The notes below the pieces were generated by a model. The model searched no databases. It was given only the letters and a program-made list of their open reading frames with translations, and was not told where the DNA came from. A stretch of 64,000 nucleotides of DNA from a virus, in the IMG/VR virus record IMGVR_UViG_3300022752_004319, positions 1-64,000 of that record. One strand, 5' to 3'. A program made the position numbers and the translations under genes. Below are positions 39,267 to 48,868 of this stretch, piece after piece. The stretch's first letter is position 1; each line of letters begins with the position of its first letter.

Positions 39267-39959
39267 TTAAATTCCTGTTGAGCCGAACCCATTTTCCCCT
39301 CGTTCTTTTTGTTGTAAAATCTGTTTTTCTTGTAGTTTTACAACAGCACCTGAATATACTGGACATAAACAAGCTTGTGCTATTTTTTGTCCGACTTTTA
39401 TTAATATTTTTTCTGAACTAGTGTTGTATAAAATTACTTTGATCTCACCAATATAACCTGAGTCAACAGTTCCAGGACTATTAAGCACTATTAACCCTTG
39501 ATTAATTGCTAATCCACTTTTGGTTCTAATTTGTAATTCGGTGTAATCTGGAATATTGAATTTCAAACCTGTGGGAATAAGAGCTCTTTGATTTGGGAAT
39601 AATTCGTAGTCAACTATTGAATAAAGATCAAAACAAGAATCACCAGAGTAGTTATAAAATGGATCTACGGCTTTTTCATGTATTTTAGTATAAGATAATT
39701 CTAAATTAGTGTTTATTTCGGAATCTTCTTGTGCTATCAAATTGTTGATCATTGAACTATTTTCATGTGAATTTAAGTTATTAATAAATGACTCAATATC
39801 CATTCCTAACTTTTCAGATAAGTCAGATAAATCAATGTTTTCATCATTATCGCCGCCTAAAGAAATCATCTTCAATTGATTTTTTAATTCTTCCAAAGAT
39901 TGGTTAAACTCCTCATCCAAATTATCTTCAAATTGGTCTAAATTATTTGTATTTTCCAT
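39267..39959 (-). CDS. dut: Trimeric dUTPase with acidic N-terminal extension
   Basis: FDL, RTKSGLA, GTVDSGYIGEI, KIAQ, RGENGFGSTG. Confidence 0.9.
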   Translation of the reverse strand: MENTNNLDQFEDNLDEEFNQSLEELKNQLKMISLGGDNDENIDLSDLSEKLGMDIESFINNLNSHENSSMINNLIAQEDSEINTNLELSYTKIHEKAVDPFYNYSGDSCFDLYSIVDYELFPNQRALIPTGLKFNIPDYTELQIRTKSGLAINQGLIVLNSPGTVDSGYIGEIKVILYNTSSEKILIKVGQKIAQACLCPVYSGAVVKLQEKQILQQKERGENGFGSTGI

Positions 39960-40660
39960 TATTTTAATTCTTTGAGTTTTTTTATTAAATCAACTAATAC
40001 CAAAACATCCCTTTCACAATACTCAACAATCAAATTTAGTTGATTGTGTTCCCAGTATGCTTCGTGAACCCTGTTACCTGTAATTTCACCTTCTTTAGAT
40101 GATGGTACACCCATAGCAGCGCACATCAACTCTAAGGACGATAAACCAAAAGGATTACCAAATTTCCAAACATCCATAGTATCTATTGCTCTAATTTCCC
40201 AAGGTTTTGTTTCATAACTTGGTAGTAGAGTTGAAGGTCTAATTCCGTTTATTACCATCCTTTTAAGTAAGTGAGGAATATCAAAATTTTTGACATTGTG
40301 ACCACACAACCAAAAATCCGATTTTTGAACCTTATTGAATAACTGATTAATTTCAAATAAAGTTTGTTTTTCATCATCACCTGAGATGGTTTGTTTGTGA
40401 ACTTTTCCATCAGGTGTTACGAAAGCAAAACTGGCACAGACTATTTTTGAAAACTCGGGAACAAGCGCTGCTCTGTTTATAAAAACTTGTTCTTTTGGTA
40501 ATTCTTTATCTTCAGGAAATCTTTTCAAAAACCAGTCGAAATAGTTGTGAAATTGTTTCAACAACATTTCATTGTTCTTTTCAAGTTCCTCATAGTTTCT
40601 GAATAAACCTACAGTTTCAATGTCAAAAAAAAGGATTTTATTTATTGGTTGTGTAATCAT
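39959..40660 (-). CDS. Stand-alone DEDDy 3'-5' exonuclease (PolB proofreading-like)
   Basis: FDIET, GHNVKNFDIP, YCERDV. Confidence 0.88.
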   Translation of the reverse strand: MITQPINKILFFDIETVGLFRNYEELEKNNEMLLKQFHNYFDWFLKRFPEDKELPKEQVFINRAALVPEFSKIVCASFAFVTPDGKVHKQTISGDDEKQTLFEINQLFNKVQKSDFWLCGHNVKNFDIPHLLKRMVINGIRPSTLLPSYETKPWEIRAIDTMDVWKFGNPFGLSSLELMCAAMGVPSSKEGEITGNRVHEAYWEHNQLNLIVEYCERDVLVLVDLIKKLKELK

Positions 40661-41874
40661 AATATGGATCTGTAAAATTCTGCTCTATCTTTTGTAACTT
40701 TTTCTAAACTATATTTTTCGTGGACAGTTTCATACAATCGTTCACCCAAGTCTTTGGCAAAGTTTGGATTTTGAATAAGTTTTTTAACATACTTAAACCA
40801 ATCACTGTGATTTCTGTTTTCATCCACTAATAATGCGTTTCCGTTGGTAAATATACCATTATCTAAGGCATGAGTCAAATCGATAGTATAGGGCCCGAGA
40901 TTAGATGCAATCAAAGCTTTCTTGTAAAAACCAGCCTCAATTACTTTCAATTGAGATTTCATTCTATTGAAAATGTGATTCTTGATAGGCGCCAAAGATA
41001 CATCAAATTTTGTATAATTTTTTGCGTATTGTTGAATCGGTCTTGTCCAAATTCTTTTATAGAATTCGTGAGAAAATTGTTTATCATCCTCCTCTTTGAA
41101 TCTCATTAAGAAATTATGATATTCAGGTGATATTAATTTATAATTGTCTGTAAATACTTGTTCATATTTGTACCATACAGTTTCATGTGGTTTAATATCT
41201 CGTTTTTTCTGTTCTCCAGTTTGTTGATTGATTTCAGTCACTGTACCTCGGATATCAAACCCACAAAGATAAACTTCTGTTGTGTCTTTGAACTCGTGCA
41301 TTCGAGAGAAAATTGATTCAAGTATAGTAATGTCGTGTAAGTGAGAGGAGCCACCTAACCATCCAAATCTTAACTTATCTGAAGGTTCTGTAACCGCATT
41401 AAATTGAGTCTCAGTTTTACTAATTGCATTTGGAAATACAACAGCGTTTTTATTATACTTTGACATTTCCTGAGCAAAAATACTCGTTGTTGTCATCACA
41501 TAATCACTAACTTTAAGATTTTCTACTATCTTTTCGTGAATTTTATTTGTTACAACTAAATCGTGAATCGGATGATCTTTTGTTGGTAACCAGTAGTCAT
41601 CCAAGTCCATAACTGTCTTTATACCTAATTGACCAACCATTTTAATCAAATTGGCTGAAGTATCATAGTTTTGACCAATAGTTCTGTGGAAATGAACTAT
41701 ATCATATTTTCGCCAAAAATTGATGTCGTTTATTTGAGGTTGATAATCTATATCAATATGAAACTCATCACCATACATATTTTGTAACATAATGTGTGGA
41801 TCTAATGAGCGAAACTTACCAACACCAGTTGTATCTGATGGTAATACTAAAATATTAATTTTTGACTTTTGCAT
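40657..41874 (-). CDS. GT-B glycosyltransferase
   Basis: DLDDYW, GWLGGSSHLHD, LAPI...FNRMKSQLKVIEAG. Confidence 0.8.
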   Translation of the reverse strand: MQKSKINILVLPSDTTGVGKFRSLDPHIMLQNMYGDEFHIDIDYQPQINDINFWRKYDIVHFHRTIGQNYDTSANLIKMVGQLGIKTVMDLDDYWLPTKDHPIHDLVVTNKIHEKIVENLKVSDYVMTTTSIFAQEMSKYNKNAVVFPNAISKTETQFNAVTEPSDKLRFGWLGGSSHLHDITILESIFSRMHEFKDTTEVYLCGFDIRGTVTEINQQTGEQKKRDIKPHETVWYKYEQVFTDNYKLISPEYHNFLMRFKEEDDKQFSHEFYKRIWTRPIQQYAKNYTKFDVSLAPIKNHIFNRMKSQLKVIEAGFYKKALIASNLGPYTIDLTHALDNGIFTNGNALLVDENRNHSDWFKYVKKLIQNPNFAKDLGERLYETVHEKYSLEKVTKDRAEFYRSIL

Positions 41875-41936
41875 TGTGATTTTTTAGATACTAAAATCTA
41901 ATTAATCACAAAACAAAATAAATATTGAATTTTTTT

Positions 41937-42497
41937 TTACTTAATTTTTTTGATTTTTGTTACAACACCTTCAAATACGTGACTTCCAACTCTGAAGGTT
42001 AGTGGTTGTTTTGTCGAAGAACTTTCTTCGTACAATAATCCTTTTTCCGATAATACTTCTTCTATTGTTTCTTTCAACATAGATTTTAAAATATTGTAAT
42101 CAAAATTAGATTGAACCTTTTTAGGTTCTGCTTTTACATTTCCAGCTGGATCTGTTTTCATTAATCTAGTTGCCGCTTCGACTAATTCATTTGATAAAAC
42201 AGATTGACTTTGTGATTGAGGTTGTTCTATCGGATGTTCCAACATCAATCTTTTTATTTCATCAGGTAGTTTAGAATTTTGAATTCTCTGTGACATCGGA
42301 ACATTCGAGTTTTGTTGTGGTGCCTGTCTTTGTTCTTGTAAAAATTCTTGTGGAATGTTATAGTTTGCACTTACTGGTTCGAAAGACTGAACGCTAGGTG
42401 ATGAAATACTCATAGGTGAATTACCTCTTGGCATTTCAGTTTGTTTATCCATAATTTTTTTAGCTACTGCTAATTTTTGTAATAAATCTTGATTCAT
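41937..42497 (-). CDS. Hypothetical protein (186 aa)
   Basis: SKLPDEIKRLMLEHPI block; in operon. Confidence 0.7.
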   Translation of the reverse strand: MNQDLLQKLAVAKKIMDKQTEMPRGNSPMSISSPSVQSFEPVSANYNIPQEFLQEQRQAPQQNSNVPMSQRIQNSKLPDEIKRLMLEHPIEQPQSQSQSVLSNELVEAATRLMKTDPAGNVKAEPKKVQSNFDYNILKSMLKETIEEVLSEKGLLYEESSSTKQPLTFRVGSHVFEGVVTKIKKIK

Positions 42498-42499
42498 AA

Positions 42500-42895
42500 T
42501 TATACAGTTTGAGTGTTGAACTTTGCATTAATTATAACTCTACTCATACTTTTGTCACCATTAAAATTATAATTTGGTCGAGGTTCATTAAAATTTGAAC
42601 GCAAAGGTTTATACATAGTAATTTTATCAACTCTAAATAATCTCCATCCCGGAAGTGGTTGAGTTCCTAAGTAACCCGTATGTGATGCTCCAGTTCTGTC
42701 CCAAGCTCTTAATACCAAATTATTTGACTTGGAGTAACCTAAACAGACAGGTTCAATTTCTCTTAATCCACGACCACCTGGTTCATCTCCAGTGTAATAA
42801 ATTGTACATACTTGTTTCTTCTCTATCGATTTTTTAATGTCATTGATAGACGCAGCCTCTAGTATAAGGCTAGATAGAGATTCAAGTAGTTTCAT
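42500..42895 (-). CDS. Stand-alone WYL-domain protein
   Basis: IYYTG...REIEPVCLG...LRAW...WRLFRVDKI. Confidence 0.75.
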   Translation of the reverse strand: MKLLESLSSLILEAASINDIKKSIEKKQVCTIYYTGDEPGGRGLREIEPVCLGYSKSNNLVLRAWDRTGASHTGYLGTQPLPGWRLFRVDKITMYKPLRSNFNEPRPNYNFNGDKSMSRVIINAKFNTQTV

Positions 42896-43185
42896 TATTG
42901 TTCTACTTTATATGGTTTGTTTGGTTGATACAAATTAAATTTAACGTTCAATTTTCTCTCAAGAATATCAACAGATGTGCCTGCAGCTTCGTTGTATACA
43001 TCCAAGAAAGATCCTGTACCCCTTCCTATTTCATCACCATCTCCAACGGCTGCGGGATTTGTTGATGAATATTCATTTCCTTGTTGTTTGAAGTCATTTT
43101 TGACTAAATTCTTTTTTCTTTCGATATCAGCAATTGCGCTTAATCTGTTTTCTGGTTGAGAAAAATCTAGTGGTTCTAGTGCCAT
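42895..43185 (-). CDS. Hypothetical protein (96 aa)
   Basis: Coupled ORF. Confidence 0.7.
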   Translation of the reverse strand: MALEPLDFSQPENRLSAIADIERKKNLVKNDFKQQGNEYSSTNPAAVGDGDEIGRGTGSFLDVYNEAAGTSVDILERKLNVKFNLYQPNKPYKVEQ

Positions 43186-43190
43186 AATTT

Positions 43191-43658
43191 TTAAATTTTA
43201 CTAAAAATTTCGTTTATTCTTCTAAGGTTTTCCATAACCTTAAGATCGTATTGTTGTATATTTGTTTTTTTGGGAGTAGTATTAGCAATATTAAGATTGA
43301 TATCAGCTGTCGGTGTTTGAATGTACTCGTTATCCATTCCAGTAGTCCGTTTTATTTTTTCAGATCCTTGAACAACTTGTCTTGATGTTGAAAGACATGT
43401 GTTAACAAAATCTTTCATTTTATTTTCACCATTCAAAATAAAAGGTGCGTCTACATTTCTTCCTTGGAAGTTATCGAAAAAGTTTTTGATTCTTTTTAAT
43501 TCAGGATATGATAGTTGTTGTGTATTTTGTAAACGGACATTCCGATTATAACCCTCAGTATTTTGATCGGCACCTTTTACTTTTGCAAAACAAATTTTCA
43601 TATGATTTCTCATATATTCTGGAAAGTTCCAAGTTCTATGATACAATTGACTATTCAT
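43191..43658 (-). CDS. Hypothetical protein (155 aa)
   Basis: LKRIKNFFD block; coupled ORF. Confidence 0.7.
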   Translation of the reverse strand: MNSQLYHRTWNFPEYMRNHMKICFAKVKGADQNTEGYNRNVRLQNTQQLSYPELKRIKNFFDNFQGRNVDAPFILNGENKMKDFVNTCLSTSRQVVQGSEKIKRTTGMDNEYIQTPTADINLNIANTTPKKTNIQQYDLKVMENLRRINEIFSKI

Positions 43659-44463
43659 TTTCCGAGTTTTTTACCATTTTGATAATATCTGACATTTCCA
43701 AATTTTCTTTCTTGGCCATTTTAACTAAAGATTTAATATTTTTTTTCAAAACCTCAGATACTTCGATTTCCTTAATTTTGATATCACCATCCGAATGCCT
43801 TTTAGCTAAAATATCTTCGACAACATCTTTCATTTTATTTTTTCTTTCTTTCACGATCATTCGAATATCCGAACCACGAAGTTTCTTTTTGTTTACCTTA
43901 GTAACTTTACCGAACTCTTTAGCCCTTTCTTCAGCATTTTCAACACCCATATCTTCAAGTGTGTCTATTGTTTTTTCTGGTGATAAGTCCTTGGTCTCCT
44001 CCCATCCAAAAGCTTTGGACAAATCCTCTTCTCTTTGAACGCTTTCACCCCAATATACTCTGTATCCCCTCATCACAGGGTTTCCTGGTTGTGCTACTGA
44101 GAATACGGTTTGATCCATAGTTTTACGTGGTGACATTTTTGGGTCGTGTATTGGTATTTTAGAATTACTCAAACTACCATCAAAATCAACCAATTCATCT
44201 ATTTCACCATTCTTATCTGTTTTAATTTTTGACAAAATTTTTTGAATTTGTTTCTTTGAAAATCTTTTTTTAGATTTTTGAAATTTTTCGAATATTAAAT
44301 TAAGTAATTTTTCTGATGACTTGGGTATTGACATAATGTCTTCATTAAGTCTAGACTCAGACAAATTTTTTCCAACCGAATAATAAACATCAATATCGTT
44401 GATGTTTTTCTTCAGAAAGAAGTACATATTGTTAAAAAAATATTCTTCCCCGTATTGAATCAT
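43651..44463 (-). CDS. Hypothetical protein (270 aa)
   Basis: First gene of the long minus-strand unit; TATTTAT at 44477-44483 upstream. Confidence 0.7.
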   Translation of the reverse strand: MIQYGEEYFFNNMYFFLKKNINDIDVYYSVGKNLSESRLNEDIMSIPKSSEKLLNLIFEKFQKSKKRFSKKQIQKILSKIKTDKNGEIDELVDFDGSLSNSKIPIHDPKMSPRKTMDQTVFSVAQPGNPVMRGYRVYWGESVQREEDLSKAFGWEETKDLSPEKTIDTLEDMGVENAEERAKEFGKVTKVNKKKLRGSDIRMIVKERKNKMKDVVEDILAKRHSDGDIKIKEIEVSEVLKKNIKSLVKMAKKENLEMSDIIKMVKNSENE

Positions 44464-44475
44464 AATTTTTTTTAA

Positions 44476-44501
44476 TATAAATACTTTCTAAATGTATTTA
44501 T
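44476..44501. promoter_or_regulatory. Back-to-back TATTTAT motifs at the divergence point
   Basis: ATAAATA 44477-44483 (minus-strand motif) and TATTTAT 44495-44501 (plus) in a 42-nt gap. Confidence 0.55.
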
Positions 44502-44505
44502 TACT

Positions 44506-47484
44506 ATGGCTTATCAAAACATTAATCAGTATGTCAAATCAAAATTGTATTTACAACCTGTTTTACAAATTTCTGATATTTCGTTGGCTGCTGATGAGAG
44601 AGAATACAATGAAGAAGTTGTGTTTTCACCACTTATAATTGGCGCAAATGATGGTGATGTTTTACCTGTCAAAATTGATTTAAATTTTTCTGGATCCTCT
44701 CAAAAAATCAATTTGACTTTTGGTGATTACAAAAGAGAAAACGTAATCATTTCTGAAAATTATTATAATCCATACGATTATATTTTAGATTGTTTTTCTG
44801 GAAAAAGTATTTGTGATATCGGCTTGACTGGTACGGATAATGGTTTGGTTACAGGAATGACGGGACAGAGCATTTCTTACACCGAAGGACTATTACCAGA
44901 TAATACAAAATTTGATCGATTGAAATTTGATCGTAGATTGAAATTATTTCAAGTTACAGGATATACGAGCCATCCAAATCATAGATTTTCAGGAATAACG
45001 GCTGAGACCTCGTATGAAATGGTTTCTTATACCGCAAACACCATAGGAACTTACAACGAATTGTATGGAGGATTTTACCAAGGGTTTTATGAACTATTTG
45101 GATATGGATACAAGATACTACCTGAAAGATACACCAAAGGTTGGACTGTAGAGATGACATTGAAACCTAGGATATACAATCAATATACAACCCCGTCTGG
45201 TAAGACAACATTAAATTCATATTACCCCAATAATTCGGGAATATTTTTTTATATGGGAACTCGTGCCGAAAACAAATATTGGCATTTTGCACAAGGTACA
45301 AACCCAACAGATCCAAATTACGATAGAGTAACTAAAAGACTTTTAGATTTAAGTACTTGTGATTGCAAAACACTTAATCCTGGTTACTCCACAAATTCAA
45401 CGTCTCAATTTGATTTGGGTGTTTCAGGAGCAACAATACAAGTAGGTCAAGATTTATTATGGACATCAGGCGACACTTGTGTTGTTTATCATAACGAAAT
45501 TGCATTCCTAACTGGGAATGTTATTGGGTATACAGCATCGACTAATTCATTACAATTTGTTACGACTTATCGTGTGGGTAAAGGAGATTTCAAATATTGG
45601 GTTGTAGATAAATTAAATTTCTTGGAATACAATAATTCCGATTGTTATTTTGTTTATCCCCCAACAGGTGTTACTGATTATCACTACACGGAAAGTCCTT
45701 GTTGTCCAGATGAACCCCAAGTACCTGTCCCTGAACAGGATGCTGCTTACAATGGAATGTCTAATGCTTTAGCTATAAGATTTAGTGGCGACCCAACTAA
45801 CCCAAAAATTTGTATACGTACATTAACAATGACAGGTGATTGCATCACAAGTGGAAGTTGTGAAACTACTGGATATGAATCGCAAACAGGTTACTCAATA
45901 AATAACTATTGTACAACTAGGAGAATATACGATGATTGTAGTGGAACAACTTATTCTTTGGGTGAAAATTGGGTTTTAGTCGACGTTAGCTTTGAAAGGA
46001 ACACCGCACTTGATGAATGTGATTTGGTCTATCTTGGTGGATTAGGTGTAATATCGAATATGGTATTCACAGCATCTACGGATAGTAATTCAGTATCACT
46101 TATCTCTCCACCAATAACTCATTACCAACTAAACCCAGAAACAGAAGAACTTGTACAACTAAACAATGATTGGCTTCTTGAAAAGGGATTTCGGAAAGGT
46201 AAATTGAGAATTTTTGTTAATGGTAAGTTATTTGAAACTTTCGATAATGTTGAAGAAATAATACCTAGAGGTTTGTATGGACACAAAGAAACTCAAGTGG
46301 GTGTACCATTCAATATTTCTTGGGGTGGTGGTACTCAAGGATTGCATGAAAACCTAGTATTCAGTGCTATACCAACAACCGATTTGAACTATTACATACA
46401 AGATCCCGAATTGTTTCCACCAAATATTTTGAGTGGAACAAGTCTCAGTGCTTTAACAACAAATATTCTTATTGAACAAAACTTTGCTGGCACTTTTGAT
46501 GGGGGTATATCATCATTTTCTATGTATGCAAAACCTCTGACTATTCCTGAGGTTCAACATAATGCGAGAATACTTAAACCAAAATATAATTTTTTAAATC
46601 CTTTTTGTCTGAATTGTATTGATTCAACCCCAACACCTACACCTACAATAACTCCAACATTAACTAAAACACCAACAAATACTCTAACACCAACCAACAG
46701 TCAAACACCAACCAACACTCCGTCAAACACAGTTTCTGGAACATTAACTCCAACACCAACCAATAGTCAAACACCAACCAATAGTCAAACACCAACCAAC
46801 ACTCCGTCAAACACAGTTTCTGGAACATTAACTCCAACACCAACTAACACTCCGTCAAACACAGTTTCTGGAACATTAACTCCAACACCAACCAACACTC
46901 CGTCAAACACAGTTTCTGGAACATTAACTCCAACACCAACCAATAGTCAAACACCAACCAACACTCCGTCAAACACAGTTTCTGGAACATTAACTCCAAC
47001 ACCAACCAATAGTCAAACACCAACCAACACTCCGTCAAACACAGTTTCTGGAACATTAACTCCAACACCAACTAACACTCCGTCAAACACAGTTTCTGGA
47101 ACATTAACTCCAACACCAACCAACACTCCGTCAAACACAGTTTCTGGAACATTAACTCCAACACCAACCAATAGTCAAACACCAACCAACACTCCGTCAA
47201 ACACAGTTTCTGGAACATTAACTCCAACACCAACAGTTACTTGTGGTGGTGTTTTATATCCAAATTTAGGTATCGATAATGACCAAACAACAGCTTGTTC
47301 CTCTTCGGGTAATAATTTATATGGTATTAGAGCAAGTTTTGATGATCTGGTAAACGGTGATTTTTTATATTATGATGTTTGTCTTTCGAATATTTACAAT
47401 TCTGGTGGATATATTTCAAATGGAAATACATATGTTTTTAATTTGAGTCCCGGTGGTCAAAACCTAACTCTTGGTTCATGTTAG
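44506..47484 (+). CDS. Large putative virion protein: LamG/ConA-like body, mucin-like Thr/Pro stalk, C-terminal module (992 aa)
   Basis: LRIFVNGKL and FDGGISSFSMYAKPLT (LamG-like); about 210-aa T/P/S tract. Confidence 0.75.
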   Translation: MAYQNINQYVKSKLYLQPVLQISDISLAADEREYNEEVVFSPLIIGANDGDVLPVKIDLNFSGSSQKINLTFGDYKRENVIISENYYNPYDYILDCFSGKSICDIGLTGTDNGLVTGMTGQSISYTEGLLPDNTKFDRLKFDRRLKLFQVTGYTSHPNHRFSGITAETSYEMVSYTANTIGTYNELYGGFYQGFYELFGYGYKILPERYTKGWTVEMTLKPRIYNQYTTPSGKTTLNSYYPNNSGIFFYMGTRAENKYWHFAQGTNPTDPNYDRVTKRLLDLSTCDCKTLNPGYSTNSTSQFDLGVSGATIQVGQDLLWTSGDTCVVYHNEIAFLTGNVIGYTASTNSLQFVTTYRVGKGDFKYWVVDKLNFLEYNNSDCYFVYPPTGVTDYHYTESPCCPDEPQVPVPEQDAAYNGMSNALAIRFSGDPTNPKICIRTLTMTGDCITSGSCETTGYESQTGYSINNYCTTRRIYDDCSGTTYSLGENWVLVDVSFERNTALDECDLVYLGGLGVISNMVFTASTDSNSVSLISPPITHYQLNPETEELVQLNNDWLLEKGFRKGKLRIFVNGKLFETFDNVEEIIPRGLYGHKETQVGVPFNISWGGGTQGLHENLVFSAIPTTDLNYYIQDPELFPPNILSGTSLSALTTNILIEQNFAGTFDGGISSFSMYAKPLTIPEVQHNARILKPKYNFLNPFCLNCIDSTPTPTPTITPTLTKTPTNTLTPTNSQTPTNTPSNTVSGTLTPTPTNSQTPTNSQTPTNTPSNTVSGTLTPTPTNTPSNTVSGTLTPTPTNTPSNTVSGTLTPTPTNSQTPTNTPSNTVSGTLTPTPTNSQTPTNTPSNTVSGTLTPTPTNTPSNTVSGTLTPTPTNTPSNTVSGTLTPTPTNSQTPTNTPSNTVSGTLTPTPTVTCGGVLYPNLGIDNDQTTACSSSGNNLYGIRASFDDLVNGDFLYYDVCLSNIYNSGGYISNGNTYVFNLSPGGQNLTLGSC
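46690..47235 (+). repeat. Nested coding repeat: 9x48 bp (NTPSNTVSGTLTPTPT) with interspersed 18-bp units (NSQTPT)
   Basis: acagtttctgga at 46729, 46813, 46861, 46909, 46975, 47041, 47089, 47137, 47203. Confidence 0.95.
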
Positions 47485-47602
47485 TATTCTAAAATTCAAA
47501 AAACAACATTAACTAAAAGTCCTGAATAATTTTCAAAAAAATTATAAATGTTATTTATTTTAAAATTTAGAAAGTTATTTTTCAGTTAAAATTTACTTTT
47601 AT

Positions 47603-48856
47603 ATGAAAATATTCGTTCAAATTGCCGCATATCGAGATCCAGAATTGATTAAAACAATCAAAAGTTGTATTGAAAATGCAGAAAATCCAAAAAACTTAAC
47701 TTTCGGTATTGCTAGACAATTCCATCCAGATGATAAATTTGATGATCTTTCTGAGTATATGTTAGATGAAAGATTTAGAATTTTGAACATTCCCCACGCA
47801 GAATCCAAGGGTGTATGTTGGGCTAGAAATCAAGTACAACAACTTTACAATAAGGAACAATATACACTTCAAATTGATTCACATATGAGGTTTGCTCCCA
47901 ACTGGGACAAAGAAATGATTCAAATGATCAAACAACTACAGAAAAAAGGACACAAAAAACCTTTATTAACTGGATATGTATCATCATTTGATCCTGATAA
48001 TGATCCTGGGGCTCGAGTACAAGAGCCTTGGAGGATGGTTTTCGACAGGTTTATTCCAGAGGGCGCTGTATTTTTTCTTCCTGAAACAATACCAAATTGG
48101 CAAAGTATGACTGAACCAGTACCTGCAAGATTTTACTCAGCACACTATGCATTTACTTTGGGTAAATTCTCAACAGAAGTTCAACATAATCCCGAATATT
48201 ATTTTCATGGTGAAGAAATTTCTATAGCAGCAAGAGCATATACTTGGGGATATGATTTATTTCACCCTCATAAAGTTCTTATTTGGCATGAATACACAAG
48301 AAAAGGTAGAACCAAGCAGTGGGACGATGATAAAAATTGGGTGGAAAAAAATAATGTATCTCACTTGACAAACAGAAAGTTATTTGGGATGGATGGTTTA
48401 GAACAAGAAGGTCATACTGGAAAGTATGGATTTGGAAAAATTAGATCCCTAAAAGATTATGAAAAGTTTTCAGGATTACTTTTTGAAAAGAGAGCTGTAC
48501 AACAATATACCTTAGATAAAAACTATCCACCAAATCCTTACAATTATTCTTCTGAAGAAGAGTGGAAAGCTGATTTTGCTTTAATATTTAAACATTGTAT
48601 CGATATTGGATACTCTCAAGTTCCTGAACAAGATTACGATTTTTGGGTTGTTGCATTCCACGATGAAAATGATGAGACTATTTTTAGAAAAGACGCGGAT
48701 AAATCAGAAATTTCAAGAATGATGAACGATCCTGACGGGTATTGTAAAGTATGGAGAGAATTCCAAACAATACATAAACCAAAATACTGGGTAGTTTGGC
48801 CACACTCCGAGTCTAAAGGATGGTGTGAAAGAATTAGCGGAAATTTACCATTTTAA
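47603..48856 (+). CDS. GT60-like polypeptide/hydroxyproline GlcNAc-transferase
   Basis: IFVQIAAYRDPEL, GVCWAR, LQIDSHMRF (DxH), FHGEEI, WHEY. Confidence 0.8.
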   Translation: MKIFVQIAAYRDPELIKTIKSCIENAENPKNLTFGIARQFHPDDKFDDLSEYMLDERFRILNIPHAESKGVCWARNQVQQLYNKEQYTLQIDSHMRFAPNWDKEMIQMIKQLQKKGHKKPLLTGYVSSFDPDNDPGARVQEPWRMVFDRFIPEGAVFFLPETIPNWQSMTEPVPARFYSAHYAFTLGKFSTEVQHNPEYYFHGEEISIAARAYTWGYDLFHPHKVLIWHEYTRKGRTKQWDDDKNWVEKNNVSHLTNRKLFGMDGLEQEGHTGKYGFGKIRSLKDYEKFSGLLFEKRAVQQYTLDKNYPPNPYNYSSEEEWKADFALIFKHCIDIGYSQVPEQDYDFWVVAFHDENDETIFRKDADKSEISRMMNDPDGYCKVWREFQTIHKPKYWVVWPHSESKGWCERISGNLPF

Positions 48857-48868
48857 ATTTAACACAGA

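Noticed and set aside
22232-41874. Bacterial capsule locus or chimeric host contig
   Set aside because: Continuous tight gene coupling into phage sigma, dUTPase and baseplate genes; no export or polymerase genes; no integration boundary seen.
43508-44038. 176-aa plus-strand ORF (and 158-aa minus ORF at 9620-10096)
   Set aside because: Antisense to better-supported genes; Ser/Phe/Ile-rich shadow composition.
46690-47235. Possible CRISPR array
   Set aside because: No unique spacers; all units are multiples of 3, in frame in a long ORF; no cas genes.
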